Assembly: GCA_938028625.1 (NCBI GenBank)
Contig: CALIZB010000003.1
Coordinates: 12,103-76,102, forward strand
DNA from: an uncultured Bacteroidia bacterium
GTDB taxonomy: Bacteria > Bacteroidota > Bacteroidia > JANWVE01
Length of the DNA stretch: 64,000 bases
Direction: 5' to 3'
Shown in pieces: positions 20,302-29,589 of this stretch (its first letter is position 1; each line of letters opens with the position of its first letter). Position numbers and translations under genes: made by a program. The notes under the pieces are model-generated. The model saw only the letters and a list, made by a program, of their open reading frames with translations. It was not told the DNA's origin and ran no database searches.

Positions 20302-23300
20302 TTACAGTCTATTCGCTAATACGCACACTAACTTATATTTTTTATGCTTGCCATTCTGACCATCACTGGTTTCTACCCAAACAATGTAAATGCCCATTCT
20401 GCATTTTTCGTTTTCTTCATTAGTACCGTCCCAGGTAAAAAAACTCGGTTCTGTGCCAACCAGTTCATTTTCTTTGAGTTTGCGTACTAATCTGCCTTGT
20501 GCATCAAAAATGTAAATGCGTAAAGTAGTAGGTTGATTAAAATTGTAATGTATTTGTAAAAAATCATCTCTGCCATCATTATCGGGGGAGAATACTTTGG
20601 GCGATAAAGAAACGCCTTCATTTTCATTAACTAACACTCTTTGGCTATTTTCATACCCAGGTGTACCAAATCCTGCGGTAGAAGCGGCACTATGCCAATT
20701 ATCTTTACTGTTTGTACGTTGTGAAAAACTTAATCTTTCCAAAGCCACCCCATCTTGGCTGACTAACGTAGGTACATGCCAATCCTTGTAATAGCGTAAA
20801 GTATCTATCCATAGCCCTTGATTGCTTATGATAGCACACCCCCCTTTGCTGTCATCATAAGTAGGAAAAGAACTCATTTTGAATAAAGCATTAGGATTTT
20901 TTACCTTGTATCTTGCTTTGATAAAAGCAATATCAGCACTCATACAAAAATATTGCTGTGGTAAAAGAATACGGCTTTGGTTAGTAATCGTTTTTATATT
21001 ATAGATACTATCTTTATCCATGTCTAATTCTGCAATTTTCCAATTTTTAAGGTCTATGGCTTTATCTGAATTATTGTAAATCTCTACATAATCCGAACCA
21101 TTAGTATAAGGATTAAATAAAATTTCATTGATGATAATATCCCCTGGATGCGCGGTGCGCGGAATAAGTATGGTTAGAGTATCTTTTACGATATTCCCAC
21201 TACAATCTCTTGCACCATTTATAATGAGTTGATAGGCTTGCATACTATCTAATGAGGTAGCTAAATTCAATGTCATTTTTTGTAAATCAGGCGAAGAGAG
21301 TGCTATACTTTGTGGATTTCCAATACCGTTGTTAATGCTATAAAATGCAGTATTTACAGATAAAGCACTGTCTAATGGTTCATTAAATTGAATTTCTAAT
21401 ATAGTTGGACTAATAACTCCAAAAAATGTAATTTTAGGAATTTGTGTATCTGGACTATTAGCGGCTACACTGTTTATTTTACCCGGTGTTCCCCCTGTGA
21501 GTGAATTGCTAGCTCGCCAGTTATCACCACTGCGGCAGGGTGTATTCTCGTCTATCATTTCTAAACTGTATCCGCCATTTTTTTTAACATCATCTTTGTA
21601 CCAATCCAAAGTAAAATTAAGTTTATGAACAATAGCATTTTTTTCGTTCTTTAAAACTAGTACTTCACCATCATTGCTAATGCTCGGAAAACTACTTACA
21701 CCAAGTACTTGTCCATAAGTACTAAATAAAGGCGCATTAGTAGTAGAAGTGAGAATTAAAAAGGAATCAGGTCTAAGCGTGTAATTAGGTAAAGTAGCTG
21801 TATTGTTATCGTTGCTTATTTTCCAACCTGATAGATTAAACGTTTTAGTAGAACGATTTTTGATTTCTATGTATTCCGCATTAGGAAGTCCTACTACGGG
21901 CGTAGGGTCTGCCATGAATTCTGAAATAATTACATCATACAATTGTGCTACACGCGGAAATTCAAAAGTTAAAACTTGATTAGTGAGGTTATTAGAACAG
22001 TCTTTTACATTATTAACAGTAAGTTGATACGTTTTAGTAGTATCAAAAGTAGCTGTAAAAGTAAGTGTAACCGTAGTAAAATTGGCATCTATGTTTATAC
22101 TATTAGGGTTGCCTATTCCAAAATTGACAACATAATTTGAAGGATTAACCGCAGATAGGCTATCTAAAGGTTCATTAAATAAGAGTTCTAATTTGTTTAG
22201 GGTAGTAGGTGTAAGTTGTATTACGTTAGGTGCAGTATTATCGGGGTTAGATGCGTTAACGCTATTAAGTTGTCCAGGTGTGCCGCCTTGCGCGTGTGTA
22301 GAAGCTATCCAATTAGCAAAACCTACACAAGGAAAGTTTGTATCTATCATTTCTAAACTATACCCGCCGTTTTTCTTAACATCATTTTTGTACCAAGTAT
22401 TACTATAAGTCAATTTATGAATAATGTTTCCGTTATTATCTCGCAAGGTTAAAGTTTCTCCTGAATTATTCAGACTTGGGAAGGAAGTTACTCCTAACGT
22501 ACTTCCAAAAGTAGAAAACGTGGCTACATTAGTAGTACTGCATAAAATTAAGCGTTGTCCTGGATTAAGCGTATAACTTGCCAGAGTAGCCGTAGACGTA
22601 TTATCAGATAACTTCCAACCTATTAGGTTAAGTGTTTTTGTAGAACGATTAAATATTTCTAAATATTCAGCATTAGGAAGTCCTACGGGAGGGTCTGGGT
22701 CTGCCATGATTTCTGTAAAAATAACATCATAGAGTTCAGGTACAACATACATAAATGTAGCAGTATTGCTTGTACCAATAGTATTTCCTGCTAAATCTTG
22801 GATATTAAAACAGGTTACGGTATAATTGATGTTAGCAGTAAGCGGAGTAGACAAGGTTAAATGTACTAATTTAGGATTTCCAATGTCTAAATTAGCAGTA
22901 GCAGGTGTGCCTATGCCCCCACTGATAGAATAATTTGTGGGTACATTTGTAGTGCTAGTTTTAAGGTTCTCATTAAATAACAAATCTATTTCTGTGGGGC
23001 TTATAACTGTGGCAGAGAGTAATTCGGGGGGTGTAGTATCTACTACGATGGGTCCTACATATACATCATCAAGGTAAAATTTAGTAGCGTTACTTATAGT
23101 ATATTGACAGTACCAACCCACATAGCTTGTTGAAGTATGGGTATTATCTAATACTGTACCTTGCGAAACAAAAAATGCACCTGTACCTGTGGTATCAGCG
23201 AGGAGTTCCCAATTACCGATATTATCACGAGTTACTTTGAGTTTAACAAGGTTATTTGTTTTAGCTACCGTACCAGGTATACCTGCAATGATACGTGTAC

Positions 23301-23727
23301 GCGTAGTACCTGTTTGTTTATAGAGAGAAATAGTATCCGTACTTCCTGTACTACCCCCTAACTGTACATAATATCCGTTTAATGGCGTTTTAAGGTCTGC
23401 TTGGTCAGAAACAAGGTAAAAACGGCAAAAATTAGATGTGCTGGGTGAAAATGCAAAGCGTATCCAGACATTCCATTCGGTATTATTTATAGCCGTGTTT
23501 GCAGTAGCCAATGAGGAGGAACCTGCCACAGTAGCATTACTTTGTAATTGAAAACTTGTATTAACTTGAAAATTAGCTACATCACCTACCCATGCAGGCG
23601 AGGAGGTAAAGTTCCCATCACTAAAATCATCATATACTTGCGCGTAAATTGAATTTGAATAGAAAAAAAGTAGCAAGAAGACTATACAAATATCTTTCAT
23701 GCTACGAATATATATTTTTTTTGACAA
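20302..23727 (-). CDS. Large secreted protein (1141 aa) with repeated lamin-tail (LTD) domains and a T9SS type-B (gliding-motility CHU_C-like) C-terminal sorting domain.
   Basis: It has a signal peptide, two near-identical LTD modules (LYDVIFTEIMADPDPPVGLPNAEYLEIFNRS... and LYDVIISEFMADPTPVVGLPNAEYIEIKNRS...) and a third degenerate one. The C-terminus is FSPDNDGRDDFLQIHYNF... Confidence 0.7.
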   Translation of the reverse strand: MSKKIYIRSMKDICIVFLLLFFYSNSIYAQVYDDFSDGNFTSSPAWVGDVANFQVNTSFQLQSNATVAGSSSLATANTAINNTEWNVWIRFAFSPSTSNFCRFYLVSDQADLKTPLNGYYVQLGGSTGSTDTISLYKQTGTTRTRIIAGIPGTVAKTNNLVKLKVTRDNIGNWELLADTTGTGAFFVSQGTVLDNTHTSTSYVGWYCQYTISNATKFYLDDVYVGPIVVDTTPPELLSATVISPTEIDLLFNENLKTSTTNVPTNYSISGGIGTPATANLDIGNPKLVHLTLSTPLTANINYTVTCFNIQDLAGNTIGTSNTATFMYVVPELYDVIFTEIMADPDPPVGLPNAEYLEIFNRSTKTLNLIGWKLSDNTSTATLASYTLNPGQRLILCSTTNVATFSTFGSTLGVTSFPSLNNSGETLTLRDNNGNIIHKLTYSNTWYKNDVKKNGGYSLEMIDTNFPCVGFANWIASTHAQGGTPGQLNSVNASNPDNTAPNVIQLTPTTLNKLELLFNEPLDSLSAVNPSNYVVNFGIGNPNSINIDANFTTVTLTFTATFDTTKTYQLTVNNVKDCSNNLTNQVLTFEFPRVAQLYDVIISEFMADPTPVVGLPNAEYIEIKNRSTKTFNLSGWKISNDNNTATLPNYTLRPDSFLILTSTTNAPLFSTYGQVLGVSSFPSISNDGEVLVLKNEKNAIVHKLNFTLDWYKDDVKKNGGYSLEMIDENTPCRSGDNWRASNSLTGGTPGKINSVAANSPDTQIPKITFFGVISPTILEIQFNEPLDSALSVNTAFYSINNGIGNPQSIALSSPDLQKMTLNLATSLDSMQAYQLIINGARDCSGNIVKDTLTILIPRTAHPGDIIINEILFNPYTNGSDYVEIYNNSDKAIDLKNWKIAELDMDKDSIYNIKTITNQSRILLPQQYFCMSADIAFIKARYKVKNPNALFKMSSFPTYDDSKGGCAIISNQGLWIDTLRYYKDWHVPTLVSQDGVALERLSFSQRTNSKDNWHSAASTAGFGTPGYENSQRVLVNENEGVSLSPKVFSPDNDGRDDFLQIHYNFNQPTTLRIYIFDAQGRLVRKLKENELVGTEPSFFTWDGTNEENEKCRMGIYIVWVETSDGQNGKHKKYKLVCVLANRL

Positions 23728-23747
23728 AAGTACAATATTAGATTTTA

Positions 23748-24230
23748 TCAGCCGTTAAGTATCCATTCTAAAAAAGTATTTTTAGGGGTTACAAGTTGCC
23801 ATTGTGAAGCTGATGACTGAAAACAAGCTATACAAGATGTTTTTGCATGAATAGGCTTTTCACGAGGAATTTGTAACAACAAATTAAGCGTATAAGAAAT
23901 AGAATAATTATGACCTACAAGAGCAACTTCATTAAATTTTTCATCTATATTTTGGATAAAAGTTAGATAATTGCTATCAAAAGTGTAGAGTTCATCTTGG
24001 GTAATAATAGTTTTATCAGGATAGTGTTTGAGAAAGATGTTAGCAGTTTGAATTGCTCTATTTGCGGGCGAGGAGAATACTACATCAAGTTTGTCTATTT
24101 TATTTTTGAGTAAATCCGCGTAGATATTCATTTTCCAAGTTCCTTTTTCAGTCAGATTGCGTTCTTTATCGTTTTTGCCAAGTCCTTCTTCGGTTTTTGC
24201 GTGCCTAATTAAGATAAAGCGTTTTGGCAT
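23748..24230 (-). CDS. Histidine phosphatase superfamily protein (SixA-like phosphohistidine phosphatase).
   Basis: LIRHAKTEE is the RHG catalytic motif, and ALVGHNYSI gives the conserved His. The protein is 160 aa. Confidence 0.7.
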   Translation of the reverse strand: MPKRFILIRHAKTEEGLGKNDKERNLTEKGTWKMNIYADLLKNKIDKLDVVFSSPANRAIQTANIFLKHYPDKTIITQDELYTFDSNYLTFIQNIDEKFNEVALVGHNYSISYTLNLLLQIPREKPIHAKTSCIACFQSSASQWQLVTPKNTFLEWILNG

Positions 24231-24233
24231 AAC

Positions 24234-24959
24234 TTATTGATTACTTGAGTTGTTATTTTTGCCGTCCATCGCGCCAAATACTTTTTGCATATCAGGAGTG
24301 GTACGAGCATTTGGGCTTTTGCGTATTTTTTGTTCTTCTTGTGCCATATAAATAAACATTCCCCTGATAGCCATACGAGTAGCATAAGCAGGCAAATCTG
24401 TATCAGCTTTTTTGACTAATGGTATTTTGTTATAGATTTCTGTGATATTTTTCCATTGTTGCGCTGCGCCTACATTCTCCAAAGATGTTTTGACTATGGG
24501 TAAAAAAGCATCATATAAAGGATTAGTACTTGTTTTTCTTAAATACGCAGTAGCGGCACTATCTCCCCCTACAAGTATATTTTTAGCATCATTTAAGGTC
24601 ATTTTTGTAATGGCATCTATAAATATGCCTGCGGCTTTTTTTGAGGCATCTTCAGCGGCGCGGTTAAGGCTTTTTTCAAAGGTATCTACTTTGTCTTTTT
24701 TACCAATTTTAATAAGTTGTTCTTTTACAATTTTAGCTTCATTAGGAAAAGGAATAAATACAAGAGGGTTTTTATAGAAGCCGTCTTTAGCTGAGGCTCT
24801 TTCTGTTGCTTTATTAGCGCCTATTTTAAGGGCATCTTTGAGTGCATTTCCTACTTCTCCTTGGGTAAGATTTTGTAACCATCCAGGTATATTGTTCTGA
24901 CTGTTTCCCAATATAGAAAACATGAACAAAGGTATAAAAACAAATAAGGTTTTTTTCAT
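24234..24959 (-). CDS. DUF4197-like secreted protein.
   Basis: The 241-aa protein has a signal peptide and Lys/Ala-rich helical sequence typical of the Bacteroidota DUF4197 family. No catalytic motifs are evident. Confidence 0.4.
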   Translation of the reverse strand: MKKTLFVFIPLFMFSILGNSQNNIPGWLQNLTQGEVGNALKDALKIGANKATERASAKDGFYKNPLVFIPFPNEAKIVKEQLIKIGKKDKVDTFEKSLNRAAEDASKKAAGIFIDAITKMTLNDAKNILVGGDSAATAYLRKTSTNPLYDAFLPIVKTSLENVGAAQQWKNITEIYNKIPLVKKADTDLPAYATRMAIRGMFIYMAQEEQKIRKSPNARTTPDMQKVFGAMDGKNNNSSNQ

Positions 24960-25084
24960 ATATATGTTAAACTATACCCATACTTTACAAAAATGTTGCC
25001 AAAAGTTTAATGTTACACAATTATGGGTATATATGTCCATAAATATAAAATTTTGTTATCATTACCTGTAAAATTATTTGTTTA

Positions 25085-25620
25085 TTCAGTAATACTTTTT
25101 GGGTTGTTGGGTCATGGAAGCATGCTGTAAGTTTATTCTGTAAAAATAAGTACCTACTGGGTCTGTTTCAATGTTAAGTTTGCCATTTCCTATGTTTCTG
25201 AGGTATAAAAAAGCCGTTCCGTCTACACTTTTATATGTACCATAAGCCCCCTCTAATCCCAATCAGACTTGAATATTTGTATGCTACCATCAGGATTTGT
25301 ACATTTTATTTAGTCAGAGGCTATGCTTGTACTCTCTAATTTGTATTTTTCTGGACTATTTGGAAATTGTACATAAGAAACAGTTTCATAAAATATAAAA
25401 TTTCCTTCTTGGTCTTTGGCAGTAGATTGTACTATTTTGAGAGGTATCACCTTGTTTGGATTATTAGAGTGTGTATACCAAACTTTGAAATGATGTAAAG
25501 AACAAACATAAAGTTTTTCAACGGTATTATTAGAATTTTTACAGGTATATACTTCACAATGTTCAGGTAATTCCATATGGATACTTTGTGTGTATAGATT
25601 AAAAGAAACTGTTAGAGATA
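25085..25620 (-). pseudogene. Decayed remnant of a T9SS cargo gene (C-terminal CTD fragment broken across three frames).
   Basis: Minus-strand frames give IKCTNPDGSIQIFKSDWD* and then EGAYGTYKSVDGTAFLYLRNIGNGKLNIETDPVGTYFYRINLQ..KKYY, a T9SS type-A CTD-like segment. The 88-aa ORF 25310..25576 lies upstream, and there is no intact long ORF. The region 24960..25753 is otherwise gene-free. Confidence 0.4.
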
Positions 25621-25741
25621 TTCTTAATAATAGTTTTTAGTATATTGATGATGTAGCAAAAGTAAGAAAAGCTAAACGAGCATAAGGTTAAGCTTAACAG
25701 ATATAATCTGAATTTTTACAAAGATATAACTATTTTTAGTG

Positions 25742-25749
25742 TAACTTTG
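25742..25749 (+). promoter_or_regulatory. TAnnTTTG -7 box (taactttg) for dnaX, implying an essentially leaderless mRNA.
   Basis: The motif ends 4 nt before ATG 25754. Confidence 0.35.
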
Positions 25750-25753
25750 CCAC

Positions 25754-27457
25754 ATGGATAAATATGTGGTTTCAGCAAGAAAATATCGTCCAAGTACCTT
25801 TGAAAGCGTAATTGGACAGTCACATATTACAAAAACACTACGAAATGCTATTAAAAACAACACATTAGCACACTCTTTTTTATTCTGCGGACCACGCGGC
25901 GTAGGTAAAACAACTTGCGCAAGAATATTAGCCAAAACTATAAATTGCCATAACATCACTCCTGAGATAGAAGCGTGTAACGAATGTAGCAGTTGTATAA
26001 GTTTTAATCAAGGTACAAATCTGAATATCTTTGAATTAGATGCCGCTTCTAATAACAGTGTAGATGATATTAGAACTTTGATTGAACAGACACGTATTCC
26101 ACCCCAAGACGGAAAATACCGTATTTTTATTGTAGACGAAGTACACATGCTTTCTACTGCGGCTTTTAATGCGTTTCTTAAAACTTTGGAAGAGCCTCCT
26201 GCACATGCTGTTTTTATCCTTGCCACTACGGAGAAACATAAAATTCTACCTACTATTTTATCTCGCTGTCAAAAATTTGACTTTAAACGCATAGAAATCA
26301 AGCATATAACAGAACAGTTAGAACGTATTGCAAAAAAAGAAAATATACGCTACGAACCTGAAGCCCTTCATATTATTGCCCAAAAAGCTGATGGGGGTAT
26401 GCGAGACGCACTTAGTATTTTTGACCAACTTGCTAATTTTACAGAACGCAATCTTACTTATAATGCGGTTATTGAAAATCTTCATGTATTAGATTATACT
26501 GTTTTTTTTGAACTTACAGAATATTTACTTTCTCAAAATCATACACAGGCTTTATTGCTTTTTCATCAGACCTTGCAAAATGGTTTTGATGCACACCATT
26601 TTCTTATCGGTTTAATGGCACATTTGAGAGATTTGTTGCTTGCACAATCCGAAGCATCAGCCAAAATTTTAGAAGTAAGCGAACAAGCACAAAAAAAATA
26701 TCTTGAAACTGCTCAAAAAGTGAATACAGAATATATTCTCAACGCACTCAATATTTGCGCACAAACAGAAGCACAATATAAAAACTCCGCACAGCCCCGA
26801 ATGCTTGTAGAATTAGCTATTATTAAACTATGCTACCTAAAAAATGCCGTAGAAACCGCAAAATTACTCCAAAATATAGACCAACTCAAATCTATCGGAT
26901 TTGAGGAAAAAAAAAACTTAACGCAAACGGATAACACTGCTTCTACTGTTACCAAGTCAAGTACCAGAGTAGATTTCAAATCTCTTAAAGACGCTACTAT
27001 TAACCCTAATCCTGAACAAATTAAAGAAGTTTTTTCAAAAACAACTCTAAACTCACATAAAAAGAATACAACCCTTGAATTGCCAGATATACCTTCTAAT
27101 TTGACATTAGAGCAATTATGGGAGTCTTTTAAGCAGTTTATATATCAAAAATACAATAGTGAAAACCTTAAATCTGCAATGGATAGCTCTAAAATAGAGT
27201 ATAAAGAACCTGTTTTAACCTTGTGGTATATTCATGCCCTTAAAAAATGGCTTATTGATGATGACGAAAAATTTAAACTTTTTGAAGCCTATTTCAGAAA
27301 AGGACTAAATAATCCCTCTCTTACTATAAATAGCGAAAAAATTAACATTAATACAGAAGAGGTTCTTACCTCTACCAAGCAAAAAATACAAAACATGATA
27401 CAAAAAAATCCTGATTTAGTGCATTTTATCACAGCACTTGATTTTCAAATAGAGTGA
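25754..27457 (+). CDS. dnaX: DNA polymerase III subunit gamma/tau.
   Basis: The clamp-loader motifs are YRPSTFESVIGQ...FCGPRGVGKTTCARILAK and the zinc module CNECSSC. The SRC-like motif is LSRCQKFDFKRI. Confidence 0.95.
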   Translation: MDKYVVSARKYRPSTFESVIGQSHITKTLRNAIKNNTLAHSFLFCGPRGVGKTTCARILAKTINCHNITPEIEACNECSSCISFNQGTNLNIFELDAASNNSVDDIRTLIEQTRIPPQDGKYRIFIVDEVHMLSTAAFNAFLKTLEEPPAHAVFILATTEKHKILPTILSRCQKFDFKRIEIKHITEQLERIAKKENIRYEPEALHIIAQKADGGMRDALSIFDQLANFTERNLTYNAVIENLHVLDYTVFFELTEYLLSQNHTQALLLFHQTLQNGFDAHHFLIGLMAHLRDLLLAQSEASAKILEVSEQAQKKYLETAQKVNTEYILNALNICAQTEAQYKNSAQPRMLVELAIIKLCYLKNAVETAKLLQNIDQLKSIGFEEKKNLTQTDNTASTVTKSSTRVDFKSLKDATINPNPEQIKEVFSKTTLNSHKKNTTLELPDIPSNLTLEQLWESFKQFIYQKYNSENLKSAMDSSKIEYKEPVLTLWYIHALKKWLIDDDEKFKLFEAYFRKGLNNPSLTINSEKININTEEVLTSTKQKIQNMIQKNPDLVHFITALDFQIE

Positions 27458-27463
27458 TTTCTA

Positions 27464-27823
27464 TCAAGAAAGATGTTTTTTTATTCTCAATATTAGTATT
27501 CCGCTTGCCATGCTGGCAATTACCGCCATAATAAAAAGAATACCATGATCGCTTTGTACAGATATTCCCAAAACAAAAAGATGCAACAGCACCGCATTGA
27601 GCATCAGAAACAAAGACAGCACAGACCCCAAAAATTTATATTTAGGTATCCATAGCAAAATACAGGCTACTAATTCTGCAAAACCTGCACCTAATCTACC
27701 ATAAGGTTCAAGGTGTAAAGCAGAGAATATATATACACTTTCTGGTGCGGCACTGAACTTAAAGAATAAAGTTTGTCCGAGTATAAGCGTAACGATAAGC
27801 CTTAAAATGAAAGAAATAGACAT
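27464..27823 (-). CDS. DoxX-family small membrane protein.
   Basis: The 119-aa protein has four predicted TM helices and resembles DoxX. Confidence 0.45.
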   Translation of the reverse strand: MSISFILRLIVTLILGQTLFFKFSAAPESVYIFSALHLEPYGRLGAGFAELVACILLWIPKYKFLGSVLSLFLMLNAVLLHLFVLGISVQSDHGILFIMAVIASMASGILILRIKKHLS

Positions 27824-28039
27824 ACTTAACTATAAATACGAGAAAAAAGAAACTATAAGGTTTTATTAAGTACTTTTTTAAGTTGATTTTTACACTTTAA
27901 GGATATAATTTTGAATTCTAATGGTGCGTAATATTGTATTACATTCTTTTGTCAAAAAAATGGTTAGAAGATACACCTACTTTTTAGTGTACGAAAATAA
28001 AACACAGATGTTCTACAAGGGTATTTTTTCTGTCTATTG

Positions 28040-28843
28040 ATGAGTATATTTCATAATGCATACAGTCAAGATAAAAAAAAACTTATCCGTCAGAATTTAG
28101 ATGTTCTCGAAAAATATGACCCACAAGGAAGTTATATTGTCAATTATGTGCTCAAACTGCCCGAAAGCTATAATTTATGTGGAGTTAAGATTACTACCAG
28201 TGTTGAGAAAGTAGAAAATTACCTTAACAAAAATACTTTTCAAGAAATGCTCTGGCAACTCTCTACATTAGTACATGAATTTAACCACGAATATACGGGT
28301 AATCCGTATTTGTACATGCAAAAAAATAATATCTGTGATGCAAGCAATAACTACTATGCTTATTTTATAGACACCCATCATACTAATTTAGTTAGGTTAA
28401 GTAAAGTGTTTCCGAGTAAAAAGATATATGACTATATTCAAAAAAACAATCTGGTTACTTTTAGAGTAAATACGTACATTAATGGAAATACAAGTACGCA
28501 GAGTAATGGTATATATGGACTATTAGATGAAATGAATGCCTATCGTGTAGGTGCTATAACACTACTCAATTTGAGTAAGTACTATATAGATAGTCAAGGT
28601 AGTTATGAAAAATGGATTATAGAGTACCTGCAAGAGACACAGTCTAACATGATGACATATTTTGAGTTTAAGTTTTTTATTCTGCGGTATCTTATTTATG
28701 CCCAAAAAAATGAAAAGCAAATTTACAACAACCTTATGGGTAATACACTATTTCTTAAAAGTTTTGTTGCAGTTGAACAGTCTTTTGAAAAAACAGTTAA
28801 TGAGTATATTGCCTTTTACAAAAAAGTTTTTTCAGAACTGTAA
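28040..28843 (+). CDS. Hypothetical cytoplasmic protein with an HExxH zinc-metallopeptidase-like motif.
   Basis: LVHEFNHEYTG (HEFNH), with a later GLLDEMNAY possibly giving the third ligand. It has no signal peptide and I recognise no family. The ORF track starts at TTG 28037; the first ATG is 28040. Confidence 0.4.
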   Translation: MSIFHNAYSQDKKKLIRQNLDVLEKYDPQGSYIVNYVLKLPESYNLCGVKITTSVEKVENYLNKNTFQEMLWQLSTLVHEFNHEYTGNPYLYMQKNNICDASNNYYAYFIDTHHTNLVRLSKVFPSKKIYDYIQKNNLVTFRVNTYINGNTSTQSNGIYGLLDEMNAYRVGAITLLNLSKYYIDSQGSYEKWIIEYLQETQSNMMTYFEFKFFILRYLIYAQKNEKQIYNNLMGNTLFLKSFVAVEQSFEKTVNEYIAFYKKVFSEL

Positions 28844-28846
28844 AAA

Positions 28847-29011
28847 ATGGGTATAGATGTATTTGATGAGTCTAATTCAGAATTTGTTTTTATTAATAAG
28901 AAAGGAACAGTGCTGTTAGAAAAAAACGATGATTATAAGAAACTTGAAAATGAACTGAAAAAAATAGAATATCAAGAAATGATGACTGATATTTTAGCTA
29001 AAGCAAGATAG
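28847..29011 (+). CDS. Small ORF (54 aa) immediately downstream of the HExxH protein, below the ORF-track length cutoff.
   Basis: MGIDVFDESNSEFVFINKKGTVLLEKNDDYKKLENELKKIEYQEMMTDILAKAR. Its ATG lies 4 nt after the preceding stop, and it sits just before the tRNA cluster 3' end. Confidence 0.3.
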   Translation: MGIDVFDESNSEFVFINKKGTVLLEKNDDYKKLENELKKIEYQEMMTDILAKAR

Positions 29012-29057
29012 CAAGTGTGCTGGCTTATTTTTTGAAAAACTGAATAAAATAAAATTG

Positions 29058-29130
29058 AGCGGAAGACGGGATTCGAACCCGCGACATTCACCTTGGCAAG
29101 GTGATGCTCTACCAACTGAGCTACTTCCGC
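29058..29130 (-). tRNA. tRNA-Gly (GCC).
   Basis: The reverse complement is GCGGAAGTAGCTCAGTTGGTAGAGCATCACCTTGCCAAGGTGAATGTCGCGGGTTCGAATCCCGTCTTCCGC plus discriminator T. It gives a cloverleaf with anticodon loop TTGCCAA. No CCA is encoded. Confidence 0.9.
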
Positions 29131-29137
29131 AAGAGTG

Positions 29138-29223
29138 TGCCGCAGGCGGGAATCGAACCCGCACCCGTATTACTACAGACAGGATTTTAAGTCCTGCGCG
29201 TCTACCTGTTCCGCCACCACGGC
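29138..29223 (-). tRNA. tRNA-Leu (TAA), type II with a long variable arm.
   Basis: The reverse complement is GCCGTGGTGGCGGAACAGGTAGACGCGCAGGACTTAAAATCCTGTCTGTAGTAATACGGGTGCGGGTTCGATTCCCGCCTGCGGCA. The anticodon loop is CTTAAAA. Confidence 0.85.
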
Positions 29224-29251
29224 AAATACTCTTAATTCTCAAAGAACTTTG

Positions 29252-29324
29252 AGCAGAAGACGGGATTCGAACCCGCGACATTCACCTTGGCAAGGTGATG
29301 CTCTACCAACTGAGCTACTTCTGC
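29252..29324 (-). tRNA. tRNA-Gly (GCC), a second copy that differs from the first in the acceptor stem (GCAGAAG versus GCGGAAG).
   Basis: The body is identical to the first tRNA-Gly, and the acceptor base change is compensated on both strands of the stem. Confidence 0.9.
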
Positions 29325-29440
29325 ATAAAAAGGACTGCAAATATACTTGTTTTATTTACTTATGTCAAGCATTATTTTAGAATTTTTCTATAAACTACTG
29401 ATAATAAACTCAAAACAAAGTAAAAACCCAGTATATGATT

Positions 29441-29572
29441 GCGTGAGGCATGCAAAGCAAGGGCGCTTAGCCCTGTGCGAAACGTAGTGTAGCACCGAAG
29501 CGTAAGCGTAGTGCGCTGCACGCCGACCTTGCAGGCATGAGCGTAAGCGAAACGCCTTGCAAGGACACGCCC
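29441..29572. other. GC-rich (about 60% GC) structured island in an otherwise roughly 33%-GC region, between the tRNA cluster and hemL. Possible small ncRNA or repeat element.
   Basis: gcgtgaggcatgcaaagcaagggcgcttagccctg...gaagcgtaagcgtagtgcgctgcacgcc...gcaggcatgagcgtaagcgaaacgccttgcaaggacacgc. It has internal repeats (gcgtaagcg twice; aggcatg twice; ccttgcaagg / accttgcagg) and local hairpins (agggc-gctta-gccct). Its termini are gcgtg...cacgc. No ORF is present. Confidence 0.35.
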
Positions 29573-29589
29573 AAAAATAAAGTAAAATA

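Noticed and set aside
25672-25959. A 95-aa minus-strand ORF overlapping the dnaX start and promoter.
   Set aside because: It overlaps a high-confidence dnaX N-terminus and its -7 box, and it has no motif. It is taken as spurious.
28994-29380. Three ORF-track ORFs (28994..29281 -, 29055..29252 +, 29135..29380 +) translating R/G/P-rich peptides.
   Set aside because: They lie entirely over the tRNA-Gly/Leu/Gly genes on either strand. The ORFs are artefacts of the GC-rich tRNA sequence.
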